Positions 11,579-24,322 of a stretch of 64,000 bases of DNA are shown piece by piece. Location: positions 13,516,001-13,580,000 of the forward strand of contig OZ024757.1 of assembly GCA_964016885.1 (NCBI GenBank), read 5' to 3'. Source of the stretch: Eledone cirrhosa. Lineage: Eukaryota. Both the position numbers and the translations under genes were made by a program. The notes below the pieces were generated by a model. That model was not told the DNA's origin. It saw only the letters and a program-made list of their open reading frames with translations, and ran no database searches. The stretch's first letter is position 1. Every line of letters begins with the position of its first letter.

Positions 11579-13619
11579 AGCAAATAACGAGCTTCTTTTA
11601 CCCTCACAGAAGAATTGTGAATATATATGAATTGAAAGATGGCTAACCATGTTGAAGCAAAACAGCGAGACGGATAATAGAAATAAAACATTTTTTTTCC
11701 TAACTAAATGCTGAAAAATCTAAAACTCTACATGAATATGTGTGATTTCTCTGAGAATATTGTTTTGGGCCATGGTCAACCGACATCCCAAAAAACGGTG
11801 AGGTTCTTGAAGCAACCCAGAGAAGAAGAAAACAGAAGACACTAGAATTATTTAGGGATCTGACTTGCGAAGGAAGATGAAAAACTTTTGTAAATTTAGA
11901 GGAGATAAATCTTAGGGGAGACAGGATAAAAATATAAAGACTATATCAACATTAGTTCACTATACCAAGGACAAACACTGAGAATTACAACTTTGGAGGA
12001 GATTAATCACACGAGTGACATGATAGAAATATTCAAAATACAGAATTGGAGAAAATGTAAATATAAGAAGAGATGACCGTTGTACTGTATATAACATAAC
12101 AATGCTCCTTACATTTATCCCAGGTATATAGAGAGCGGTTCCGATATCCACTGTTTGTAAAATAATGCAATAAGGAAACGCCATCATCCAGTAAACCTTA
12201 GTAATAATCCAATAACGTCTCAGCCGCCATTTACAGTAGAAAATAGTAAGAAAAATAAAAGTCACACTGAGCAGTTAATGCAGTGAAAACAAACAATAAA
12301 AATATTATTACTAAATAATTATAATTTCTTACTTTCAATAATTCTTTTTTTAAATTTTATTGGAAACACATAATTTATTTCAAATTTGTCGTATCATATA
12401 TATATATATATATATATATGGCAAATGTCAAGTGATTGACGGGGAGAAGCCGATCGATTAAATTGAACCCATAAAATGACTGGTACTCTATTTTGCTGCT
12501 CTAAAATTGTAAATTATCGACAGGATTTATACCGAGAACACAAAGGTCGTGTAATATCATTTAGAAATTGAGTTATAAATATGTGTGTTCAGGGTTTAGA
12601 TATGCAGTGTGTAATGGGGTTATTGATATTAACATAAAATGTCATTAGGAATTCAATATTTAGCTGGGGATATAGAATTTCTTTAAATTATTTCTTGTAC
12701 CAGTAGCGAACTGGGATCGAAACCATTATGTTGTTCGGACGAAAGAAATATATAAGCTTAGCGCAATCTAGTTGGAGTTGCGGGACATTACTGCAAAGCA
12801 CATCACTGTAGGTTCCAATCTTACATTGGTAAATATTTAAAAGTGACATTTCACAATTTATTTGTAAGTCGCACACAGGATTTAGGTATGACAGATTTTA
12901 AATTAGTGAACATTATTGCAGACGAAGTCATTGTAGGTTCAAATCAACACTAGGGCATTAAGAAATAAAATGAATATTTACTTCATGAAAGCCCCTGAAT
13001 TATGAAAGACAAAGTCGACCCTTTCTAATAACAGCAGCACTTCAATTAATCTTCCAAAATAAACAGTAAGTTTATAAATATTAATTTTTAATATTATTTT
13101 GAAGCTGTCTCTGTAGCGAGAGACGGTGGATATCCTGGTCTGGGTTTCGATCTTGACCAGGATCTATATAAAATAAGGGGGTTTTACTAATTTTTTGCAG
13201 CTTTTTGGGATCAGATTCAAGAACTCAACGTCATGTGTATCGTTCCAAACTCAATACGGTAATATATGTTCTTTTTATCAGCTTAGTCTTTTATTTATAA
13301 ATGTTTATGTATGTACGTGTGTAGATATGTGTAAGCTTGTGTGTACATAAGTATTTATAATAACATTGTCCCCCTCACTTTATCATTACAACTACTACTA
13401 TTAATAATTTTAACACTATTATTATTTTCACACGTCTCTTATCCTCAACACTTGCTATGGCTTTCCCTCTTACATGTGAGATACACGGTTTGTTTACTAA
13501 TCAACATTTACTCGAAGATGTAGTAATGCGTGACGGGACATCGGGCGGAATCCTTAGTGTTAACTTGAGGACACCAAATACCTGTGCACTCGTATGTATA
13601 TATATATATATATATATAT

Positions 13620-13812
13620 GTTTATCCCGGGTTCAATCGGCGGTAACCACAGTAAGTAAGGTACTCATTACATAGCAGAATATAAATACTTAATAAATAA
13701 TATTTAATATAGAAATGGCTTCTACAGGACTAGAACTGTTTCATTCGGAAGAAATCACCAGGAAAGCCCTTGATTTCTTCCGAATGAAACAGTTCTAGTC
13801 CTGCAGAAGCCA
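13620..13812 (-). mobile_element. Family A HHR element with fold-back end; core mutated (CTGGTGA)
   Basis: Reverse complement matches 3238-3370. 13771-13812 is inverted relative to 13716-13757. Confidence 0.75.
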
Positions 13813-14621
13813 CATATATATATAAATATGTATATATATGTATGTATGCATGTATGTATATAAATATGTGTGTGTGTGTTCATAAGCCCAACTGTCTATG
13901 ATGATAAGGTCCCCTATCTTTGTATATATATGTCGATGTCTATTTCCACATGGCATCTGTGATACTCGATGTTGTCACCGCCTGCTTTACGTAGCATCTT
14001 AACTATCTAATATTTATTCAGAGAGGTTCTCCCTTCATATCACAAATATTCCTTTCTGACTCACTGAAAACTTGTCTTGCATCATCGAGAAAAAGAGATC
14101 TAAATAAAGAATCTGTCATATATGTAGGTAGGGGCCTATAACTTGTGAGGGAGTCCTAGAGGCACCAAATTGACATTCGGGGTGTCTAGGGTATTTTGTA
14201 AAAGTTGACAGATCCCATCTCCACCCCAGATCTGGTCACAGATGTCTTACAGAGAATGGTAGAGAGTGAGAGAAAGGAATTGAGAAAGAAATATAGAAGA
14301 ATCGACCCCCAGTACTACACTGGTACTTCTTTCTAACTACCTCAAATGGTACAATAGCGAAACCCAAACTTTGATGTACCTATATAAGTCATACCTGTTC
14401 TATATGTGTATGTACGTATGTGTGTATGTACATATGTGTATGTAAGTGTACGTGGCGTTGCAAGTTCGGTTTTCGTAAGTGTCTCTGTGAAAATTCTCAC
14501 ATGAGCAAGTATGTGTCCTGATGGTTAGTCAATCGTTATTATGATGGTATATGGTATGTGTTTTTAATATATATGTATGTATATTTACATAGAAGTGAGT
14601 AAATATGTATGTGTATGTATG

Positions 14622-14667
<46 letters not shown>

Positions 14668-14673
<6 letters not shown>

Positions 14674-15250
14674 AAAAGAACAAAGGAACTATTATGACAT
14701 TATAACAAGTTTATTTCCGACAGCCGTTTCGTCCGACCACATGGTGGGACTTTTCAAGGCATATAACATGTGATTGTAAGATCATTATTTACATCAACGT
14801 ATCACTCAAGGCTAGCAGTTTGAAATTGTGGTATACATCAGCAACTCCGCTTGTATAGTTGGGGTCTATATTCTAAGGGGGCTCTTTTATATTAGTTGTC
14901 GGGACCCCGACAACTAATATAAAAGAGCCCCCTTAGAATATAGACCCCAACTATACAAGCGGAGTTGCTGATGTATACCACAATTTCAAACTGCTAGCCT
15001 TGAGTGATACGTTGATGTAAATAATGATCTTACAATCACATGTTATATGCCTTGAAAAGTCCCACCATGTGGTCGGACGAAACGGCTGTCGGAAATAAAC
15101 TTGTTATAATGTCATAATAGTTCCTTTGTTCTTTTTCACTAATATTTCTGCTCTGCGTATACGCATAGAGCTTAACTAGCTACCGTCACATATTTGGTAG
15201 GTCAGACGTGATCATCGCGATTCACATACGACCTACCATACATCTTACTT
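14668..15250 (+). mobile_element. Penelope-like pLTR fragment forming a ~474-bp perfect hairpin, inserted in (TA)n
   Basis: 14668-14903 and 14906-15141 are perfect inverted arms. The paralogous site at ~28135-28178 is only (TA)n. Confidence 0.85.
15043..15098 (+). ncRNA. Type I hammerhead, U3-A8 core variant (mirror copy on minus strand ~14711-14766)
   Basis: cc-TTGAAAA-GTCC c ACC atgt GGT c GGAC-GAAAC ggct GTC-gg. Stem I is short. Confidence 0.65.
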
Positions 15251-16199
15251 ATATATATATATATATATATATATCGACATTCGTCAAATTGGAGCGAGGA
15301 AACAATATCTCCATTGGTCTTTCCAATTGCTAATACTATCTATCGGTCGAAACTCCAGGTAAAAGTAAATATATATATGTATATATGAAAATATAATAGG
15401 AAGAGGTGAGTATTATAACTTGTATAAGAAATAAAGATCTAAACACGAGTGAAAACTTTCATCAACGAAATCGTAATGTACACCAACGAAAATATATGTC
15501 TACAGAATACAGATTAGTAAAATAAAGTTAGAGCAAATAAATGAGAGGTCACTTAACTTTACATATTTAGTTTTGTTTATACCGTGAAAAATGTTGATCT
15601 CCAGATATTAAATTGTGGATGTGATTGTCTTTGTCTTTACGTGTTTGTTGGAAATCCTTTTTTAATGTTTGTCTTTCTTTAAACATTGTCTTTTTTTAAA
15701 AACTAATTTAAGGTTATTCGTACCTCATCTCTGGTCTCTTTTGATGGAGTCTACCTGTCCTTTGTATTGTTTTTATTTTAAAAGTGATCCATTGGAATAT
15801 CAGATATTAAATGAAATGTTACGTAAAAGACACACCCTATGTTTATTCCAGGTATTCAGAGAGATGTCCAGATGTCGACTGACAACAAAATAATACAATA
15901 AGGAAATGCCATCATCCAGTAAAACTTGGTAATAATCCAGTCTCGTCAGAGTCGCCATTTACAGTAAACAATGTTAAGAACAAACAAAAACAAGAGAACT
16001 ATTCAGCAGTTAATGAAGTGAATAAATAAAATTTAAAAAAAACATTACTGAATAAAATAAATCTGTTACTTTCATTAAATTGTTTCTTTACTTTCTTTTA
16101 TAAAACACACTTATTAATAGAAATTAAGCACAGCATTGTAGGTTCAAATCTTACTTGCATGTATGTATAGGAATTACGTTTACCAATTTACGGGCACGA

Positions 16200-17580
16200 C
16201 CTACTAAGCTGGAATGACGTATGACATTATTGCAGACGGAGTCGTTGTAGGTTCAAATCAAGCCTAGAGCAATGAGAAATAAAGTCTAGATTTACTTTAT
16301 GAATTCCCTTCGGGGGATGAATTCAAGGACGTCCCGACAAAGCCATGAACGCCACTACATCGAGTTTTCAACCGAACAAAATGTAGTTTTATAAATATTA
16401 ATTGTCAATGAATTCGTACAGTCCCTATAATTTGCACACACGCAAAATTTTTGCATCAATTTTTGCGTTTAAGTCAGGCAAGAGTTATGTTTCTTGGCAA
16501 AAATTTCAAGTTTGTTTGCAAAAGAAATCCTTTTGTTTAAAAAAGTTCGCCTGAATTTTGACCAAAGATTTTTCAATCTTTTCAGTTCCGGTTTCTGTAT
16601 TTTTCATAAAAAACAACAATAAATTTGCTAGAAATAGCATCAAAGCAACGCATATATATGTATACACACATAAATATATATGTTTATTTATTTATTATGA
16701 GTACAAATTAAAGTTTGAGCAAAGAATCGCTGCTTTCAACTTGTCACGGGATCGTCTAAAATAATAGTTTATTTGAATTACTTCCGAACAAAATGTAGTT
16801 TCATAAATATTAATTTTCAGAACGAATTCGTACATTCTCTCTGGCCCAGTGGTATGTATTAGAGACTGTGAAATCCTGGTCTAGAGTTCAATCTCTTTCA
16901 GGTTCTACACTATGGGGATTATTATTTTTAGTTTACCTCTTCTAAAATAAAAACCATTAAAAGTAAGTTTATAAATATTAATTTTCACTATGATTTCGTA
17001 ACAGTCTCAGTAGTCTAGTGGTAGATATTAGAGACAGGGGTGATACTGGTTAGAGGGTTCAATCTCTGTCAGGTCTAAACTAAAATCCTTGTACAGAAAT
17101 TTTGTTTTTATAAAAAATTGAAAAAGTAGGTTTATAAATATTAATTTTCAGTGAGTTTTTATAACGTCTCCGTGGACTAGTATTAGAGGTGTTGGAGATC
17201 CTGGTCTGGTGTTCGATCTCAGTCAGATTTTGTTCATTTTATGAAAAATTAAATTTTTCGAGAGATTCCTGACTGAGATTGATCCCCAGACCAGCATTAC
17301 CACAGTCTCAATACCTACCAATAGGCTACCGAGACAGCTACAAAAATACTATCAAAATTAATATTTATACACCTACTTTCTATTTAAAAGAAAAATTGAT
17401 GTAGTGGCCTTCATGGCTTTCCCAATGATATTAACAATTCAAAATGGTTCACTTTCATTTTTATTCTTCTCGAGCTTTCATAAAATATACCTTCATATAA
17501 TTTATCATTTCTGTAGGGCTGATTTCATCCTACAACCTGATGATCTGCAGGGACATTCATCAATGGTCATACCTGATTAT
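16200..17580. repeat. Fold-back unit with long diverged inverted arms holding tRNA-like repeats (paralog ~29280-30475)
   Basis: AAAGCCATGAACGCCACTACATC (16339) versus GATGTAGTGGCCTTCATGGCTTT (17398). Homology extends ~170 bp further outward. Confidence 0.7.
16836..17340. pseudogene. Cluster of degenerate tRNA-like (Tyr/Cys-like) sequences: three on +, one on -; others at 13107, 23955, 24165(-), 29718, 29890, 30038, 30170(-)
   Basis: A box TRGCCTAGTGG and B box GGTTCRATCTC, with GACTGTGGAGATCCT resembling the tRNA-Tyr anticodon arm. No intact acceptor stem. Confidence 0.55.
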
Positions 17581-17958
17581 TATATATATATGTGTGTGTG
17601 TGTGTTAGATTTGATCCTGCAATATTGTGCTCAGCAATAATGGTTTTCAATTCCGGCTTCCCTCCATCCTTGGTGTATATATAAATCTATATATGTAATT
17701 TCAACGTGCAACGACCATATATACATAATTTTTGTTTGATAATAATTATATAAAACTAATTCTACAACCCCTGATAAACATTGAAACCACGACTATAAAA
17801 TATAACAACAAACACGACATAACAGTTTTTGGTTAATAGAGATTGATCCTAATATTTTATCTCACTCATTAACCAGGGAGAAAATGTCCTCGGACTCGGA
17901 CAATATTGATAAGGAGAGAGTGTATCCATACTTGGCAAGTCTTTCCAGTTTAACATGG

Positions 17959-17969
17959 TATATAAAAGG
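17959..17969 (+). promoter_or_regulatory. TATA box (paralog 30851-30861)
   Basis: TATATAAAAGG followed ~27 nt later by Inr-like ATCACT; conserved in both duplicates. Confidence 0.4.
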
Positions 17970-19160
17970 CAGTAAGAGGTGACCATCACTAAACACGTGA
18001 AGCTCACTGTTGTCGACTACTTGTCACTCCTGCGAACGACATTGTCAGTTAGCCTTCTATAGCGAGGGCAGAAGGCTGTCGTTTTTTTTCTCCTACCACA
18101 TCCATGTGTAATTCTTTAGATATCAATATTGTTTTGGGCCATGGTCAACTGACATCCCAAAAACCGTGAGGCTCTTGAAGCAACCCAGAGGAGAAGAAAC
18201 AGAAGACACTAGAATTATTTAGGGATCTGCCTTGTTAAGGAAGATGAGAAACTTTTGAAAATTTAGGGGACACAGGGTAAAAATATAGGGACTATTTAAA
18301 TATTAGTACACTATTCCATATAAATGTCAAGACTTGAAAATATCAACATTAGTTCACTCTACCAAGGACAAACACTTAGAATTACAACTTTGGAGGAGAT
18401 TAATCAAACGAGTGACATGATAGAAATATTGAAAATAAGGAAATGACTTCAAAATACAGAATTGGGGATGAAAATGTAAATATAAGCAGAGATGACCATT
18501 GTACTATATATAACATAACAATGCTCCTTACATTTATCCCAGGTATATAGAGAGAGAGAGGTTCCGATGTCCACTGTTTGTAAAATAATGCAATAAGGAA
18601 ACGCCATCATCCAGTAAACCTTAGTAATAATCCAACAACGTCTCAGCCGCCATTTACAGTAGAAAATAGTAAGAAAAATAAAAGTCACACTCGGCAGTTA
18701 ATGCAGTGAAAACAAACAATAAAAATATTATTACTAAATAATTATAATTTCTTACTTTCAATAATTCTTTTTCTTAATTAAACACGTAATTTATTTCAAA
18801 TTTGTCGTATCATATATATATATAGAGAGAGAGAGCGACTTAGGTCGTAGAACTTGCTTTACTTTTTTCTTTTCACTTTGACCATATATGGAATTACCCC
18901 TTGAGAAGATCGCTTTTCTTCACTCTCATCAATATTTTTACCCCTCATTGTTCTAACTACCGTTCCGACTTCCTCCCCCTCCCCAGTATCTTCTTTGACC
19001 TCATACCCAGCTGTAGCTGGCACTACCAACACTTGATTGGGTCTACTCCACCCCTCCCCTCTTTCTCCTACTGGCAGGTTTAGCCACCATCTCCCATACT
19101 AATTTGCAATCACAGAATTACTACTGACTTTTGAAAATCACTTTGACCATATATGGAATT

Positions 19161-19254
19161 ACCCCTTGAGAAGATCGGCTATTTAAATACCAGGATTAAT
19201 TTTCATTTAGTCCAGAATTAGCCGTCGAAACGGCTTGAGCTCAGCCGTCGGGGT
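19161..19254 (+). ncRNA. Type I hammerhead ribozyme with U3-A8 core and extended stem II
   Basis: Stem I ACCCC/GGGGT; core TTGAGAA; stem II GA(t)CGGCTA/TAGCCGTC plus GGATTAA/TTAGTCC; GAAA; stem III ACGGCT/AGCCGT with palindromic GAGCTC loop; GUC cleavage after 19249. Confidence 0.8.
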
Positions 19255-19528
19255 CTTACTGGTTCCTATTACCCACTCTACTACCCCAAGTATTGAGTAC
19301 TTTGGTGCGTTATGGTCCACCTGGTTCCTTACCACATTTCCTTCGTTATATATATATATTCTATTTTTCTCCGGATTACTTTTGGAACTACAACTGGAAC
19401 CGTCGAGCAAACTCTACGTGAGCTGTCAATCTACTGTGTGTAATATTTATATTACAACACAACGGAAAATACTGTATATTTACCTCCTGTAAAGTCGAGC
19501 AACCCACACAGCAAACGCAACCACAACA

Positions 19529-21825
19529 ATGGAAAAACACTACCTGGATATGTCACTCAAAAACATACCAACCCAAGGTAAAAAGGAATACTTATTGAGT
19601 ATGATTCAAAAAACTAATGAATTCATTCGACGTGTCCGGTGGAAAACGGTCCACTATGGTAGAAGCCGTATGAACTCACCATGAGAAAGTGGTGTAAACA
19701 ACAAATTCGGTTTTAGAACGTGTAAAAACCCACCCACCAACCCACTATTAGATGCATTTGAGCAGGACCTTATGAACTTAATCCTTAAAATTAAATTCAA
19801 AGGACGTAACACCAACAACAAATTACAGAAAGATATTAAAAAAACTACTGGACGACCTTAAAAACACCAAAGGAATTGTAGTAAAAGCGGACAAAACATC
19901 AAACCTGTATACTATGGGTTGCACTACATACAACAACTTCATTCGAAAAGAATTACATAAAAAATATAGAAAAACGAATGAAGTAACTCTTCAGCACATC
20001 AATGATGAGGCATGCGAAATAGTGAAAAAACTCGGAATCGAAGATAGGACAGGACCACTCTTACCGGCGGTACCCACCTTCAATCTTAAGGACCATAAGG
20101 TAAACTTTGATAATGACCCTAAAATTAGATTAATCTTCCCCTCTAAATCAGATATAGGTAAAATAAGCAAATATATCTTAGATAGAATCATCCCCCAAAT
20201 TAAGGCTAAGGTTAACATTAAACTCTGGGGGAAGACCCAAGAAGGAATAAGAATAAATCTAAGTTTATCCATTTTGATATCGATGAATATTACTCATCGA
20301 TATCACCTGAAACTTTGAATAGAGCCATTAAGTTTGCTAAGGATAACTCTGACCTTACAAACGATGAAATTAAGATTATATTAGAAGCTAGGAAAACTAT
20401 AGTCAAATTTGAGAACAGTTATTGGGTACGTAAAGATAGACCCTCTAACTTTGACATAACAATGGGCTCTAACGATTCGGCGGAAATAACTGATATTGTG
20501 GGGTTATTTATCGCCTTTAGACTCCAGGAAAAATTCAGCAATCTCCACGGCGGAATATACCGCGACGATGTTCTCCTCCTAGTTAAAAACCTAAATAACC
20601 AAAAACTAGAAAAACTACGCAAAGATATAAGAAAACTACTACTCGAAATAGGACTAACTATAACATATGAATACAACCTTAAAGTAGTTAACTTCCTGGA
20701 TGTCACACTCAATTTAAACTCTGGTCTGATTAAACCGTTTCATAAATTGAATGAAAATCTCAAATACGTAAATGTTGGGTCTAACCACCCCATCTCTATA
20801 ATTAAATCTATCCCTAAAAATATTTCCCTTAGAATCTCGGGTCTATCTTCTAACATACAAGTATTTAAAGAACACGCCGAGTACTACGATAACGCCCTTA
20901 GTAAAGCAGGCTACCTCAACAAAATAGAGTATATAGATGGGAACAATCAAAACACCCAAAATAAATCCCACATAGGTAGATATAATAACACAATACCAAA
21001 CCACACTTACTACCATAGTATGCACACCAGTAAACCAACAAACAAAACTAATAGAAAGCGATGCCAAGAGTACTTATGGTATAACCCCGAATACAATAGT
21101 TCCATTAGTACAAATTTACCAGTACTCTTCTTTAAAATAATTAAGAGACATTTTCCTACATCACACAAATACCACAAAATCCTAAACCCTACCACTATAA
21201 GACTGTCATACTCTACAGCGTTAAACCTTGAACAACACATAAAGATCAATACTAGAAGGTTAAACGAAAACACTAAAAACTTAAGTACAAAGAACACAAA
21301 AAAAAAACAGTAGACAATACACTACAGAACATAAATAAACCACACCTAAGTTCGTCCGCAATACTACTCCAGAGAAAACCCAACGTACACGACTGTAACT
21401 GCACCTATCCTGACAACTGCCCCCTCGGCAATAACTGCCTGGAAAAAAATATTATTTATAAGTGTACCATTAAATCCGGAGGCAACGAGTGGTATTACGT
21501 GGGATCAACGGCAACATCGTTTAAATCTCGATTATATAGGCATTCTTACTCAATAAAACACCAGAGCCAAAGAAATGTAACAACTTTAGCAGAAAAAGCT
21601 TGGACACTCAGGGATAGCGATCAAAAGTTTACCCTAAAATGGGAGAAATTAGCTAAAACCCAAAGCTTTTCCAGGAGCCAAAATTTCTGCAAATTATGTA
21701 ATCTTGAGATTTATTACATAATCACACACAAGAAGAAATTGCTGAATAACAGAATTGAACGAACATTATTCTGCCGTCACCGAACTAAAACCCTTTTTTC
21801 CCACTACAAGCCGAATATTACATAA
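19529..21825 (+). pseudogene. Penelope-like element ORF (RT plus C-terminal GIY-YIG endonuclease), Naiad/Chlamys-type, disrupted
   Basis: MEKHYLDMSLKNIP..IRRVRWK, ADKTSNLY, FDIDEYYSSI, FDITMGSNDSAE, GIYRDD, NFLDVTLNL, WYNPEY, CNC-x5-CPLGNNC, IIYKC...YYVGST..SFKSRL, CKLC, CRH. In-frame TGA at 19682; frameshifts near 19840, 20245 and 21300. Confidence 0.92.
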
Positions 21826-21999
21826 AAGAGGGACATCCCCCCAACTATATAAACCTCAATCTAGTTAGAAAAATATAAAAACATTCTCTTCTCAACATAT
21901 ATATGTATATTAATAACCTCAAATTACCACACTAATAATGGAAAGATATGCTGATGAGAATAGGTGCAAAAATGCGATAATGAATGTGTCTAAAAGCGA

Positions 22000-22111
22000 C
22001 CATAAGTATGTATATATATGTGAAAATGTATATAAATAAGTAAATATATATATATATGTTTGATGTGTATAGTTAGATGCAAGTGTATTCATGTATTAAA
22101 GTGCTTATATA

Positions 22112-22142
<31 letters not shown>

Positions 22143-22760
22143 AGATATATATAGATAGATATAGATAGATATAGATATATATAGATAGATAGATATAGAT
22201 ATATATAGATAGATATAGATAGATATAGATATATATAGATAGATATAGATAGATATAGATATAGATAGATATAGATAGATATAGATAGATATAGATAGAT
22301 ATAGATAGATATAGATAGATATATATATATAGATATATATAGATATATATAGATATATATAGATATAGATAGATATGTGTATATATATATAGATAGATAT
22401 ATGTGTATATATATATAGATAGATATATGTGTATATATATATAGATAGATAGATGTGTATATATATATAGATAGATAGATGTGTGTATATATATAGATAG
22501 ATATATGTGTATATATATATATAGATAGATATATGTGTATATGTATATATATACACATAGACTAGAGTATGTATGTATATATGTGTGTATATAAAGATAA
22601 GTTGAGTATAAAAATGTATACACATGAACGCGTATGTATGTACATGAATACATGTGTGTATATATATATGTATGTGTATATGTATGTAAGTATGAACATG
22701 TTACTATGTGAGTATATGTATTTTGTAGAGGTATGCAAATATGTTTGTGTGTGAATGCGT
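22000..22760. repeat. TA/TAGA/TG compound microsatellite in the PLE 3' region
   Basis: Directly visible. Confidence 0.9.
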
Positions 22761-23049
22761 GGGTGAAAGGATACGTACACTTGAAAGAAAAATTTAAGTC
22801 TGAATGTTAATTAAGTGCAAACACAAAACCAACCACGCATATCTTTACTATCTCTAATCCTTCTATAGATTTAGAAAAATAACCAATAATATATTCTATA
22901 AAAATGTCAAAACAGATGGGAATCTAATTACTCACTGCCACCAAACATTCTCACTGCTATCAAAAAAACACTCCCTCAACTATTCTTCTAACAACTTCAC
23001 CCCTCCCTCCTAATATTCTCTATAAAAACCAAACATGTCCTCAGTAATA

Positions 23050-23170
23050 TTATTCTGATGAAATGATAGTAAATAATAACATTGAAATATTGAATGTCTA
23101 CATAACTAATACTTTGTAGATAGCAGCTGTTTTCAGGTTATGTAACTGTTATTGAAACACGTGTCAATAA
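23050..23170 (+). ncRNA. Type I hammerhead ribozyme with long stem II, probable 3' pLTR of the PLE
   Basis: Stem I TTATT/AATAA; CTGATGA; stem II AATGATAGT/ACTGTTATT; GAAA; palindromic ACACGTGT; GUC cleavage after 23165; followed by AATAAA and (TA)n. Confidence 0.8.
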
Positions 23171-23869
23171 ATTCCTTTCAACTAAACTGTATCCATTCAA
23201 ATCTTTCTATATATATATATACTGTTTGTGTGTCTTTGTTTGGCAAACGCCAAGTGATTGATGGGGAGAAGCCGATCGATTAAATTGAACCCATAAAATG
23301 ACTGGTACTCTATTTTTCTATAAAATTGTAAATTAATATCCACCGAGAACACAAAGGTGGTGTAATATCATTTAAAAATTAGAAATTGAGTTATAAATAT
23401 GTGTGTTCAGGGCTTAGATATTCAGTGTGTAACGGGGTTATTGGTATTAAGTAACATAAAATGTCGTTAGGAATTCAATATTTAGCTGGGGATATAGAAT
23501 TTCTTTAAATTATTTCTTGTACCAGTACCGAATTGGGATCGAAACCATTATGTTATTCGGACGAAAGAAATATATAAGCTTAGCGCAATCTAGTTGGAGT
23601 TACGGGACATTACTGCAAAGCACATCACTGTAGGGTTCCAATCTTACATTGGTAAATATTTAAAAGTGAGTTTTAACAAATTTATTTGTAAGTCGCACAC
23701 AGGATTTAGGTATGACAGATTTTAAATTAGTGAACATTATTGCAGACGAAGTCATTGTAGGTTTAAATCAACACTAGGGCGTTAAGAAATAAAATGAATA
23801 TTTACTTCATGAAAGACCCTGAATTATGAAAGACAAAGTCGACCCTTTCTAGTAACAGCAACACTAAGA

Positions 23870-24322
23870 AAGGCATGAACGCCACCACGTCAATTAATCT
23901 TCCAAAATAAAAAGTAAGTTTATAAATATTAATTTTTAATATTATTTTGAAGCTGTCTCTGTAGCCTAGTGGGAGGTATGAGAAACGGTGGAGATCCTGA
24001 TCTGGCTAAGATCTATATAAAATAAGGGGGTTTTGCTAATTTTTTTCAGCTTTTTTCAATGCAAACGTAAGGAAATCTATGGTAAAATGAAAAAAAAATG
24101 TTATCTACTTTTTTACATTTTTAAAAAGCTGAAAAAAATTAGTAAAACCCCCTTATTTTATATAGATCCTGGCTAAGGTTGAACCCCTGACCTCGATCTC
24201 CACCGCCTCTACCACCTACCAATAAGCCAACGAGGCGGCTACAAAAATATACTGAAAATTAATATATATAAACCTACTTTCTATTTTCGACGCTTAATTG
24301 ACGTGGTGGCGTTCATGGCTTC
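23870..24322. repeat. Fold-back (inverted arms ~190 bp), each arm with a tRNA-like unit
   Basis: CATGAACGCCACCACGTCAATTAA...TTCAGCTTTTT versus AAAAAGCTGAA...TTAATTGACGTGGTGGCGTTCATG. Confidence 0.8.

Noticed and set aside
11960-12265. ORF MTFIFLTIFYCKWRLRRYW recurring at 18449 and 31922
   Set aside because: It starts at GTG, the copies frameshift relative to each other, and splice/polyA signals point to the opposite strand.
15845-15920. C/D box snoRNA-like GATGATGG...CTGA on the minus strand
   Set aside because: Imperfect C box, D box not kept in the 12.1/18.5/32.0-kb paralogs, and no recognisable rRNA guide.
16836-17340. Functional tRNA genes
   Set aside because: Acceptor and anticodon stems do not pair, and the copies are mutually diverged.
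21947-22004. tatg-CTGATGA...cata possible extra hammerhead or SECIS after the PLE stop
   Set aside because: No GAAA-stem III-NUH and no clear SECIS GA quartet.
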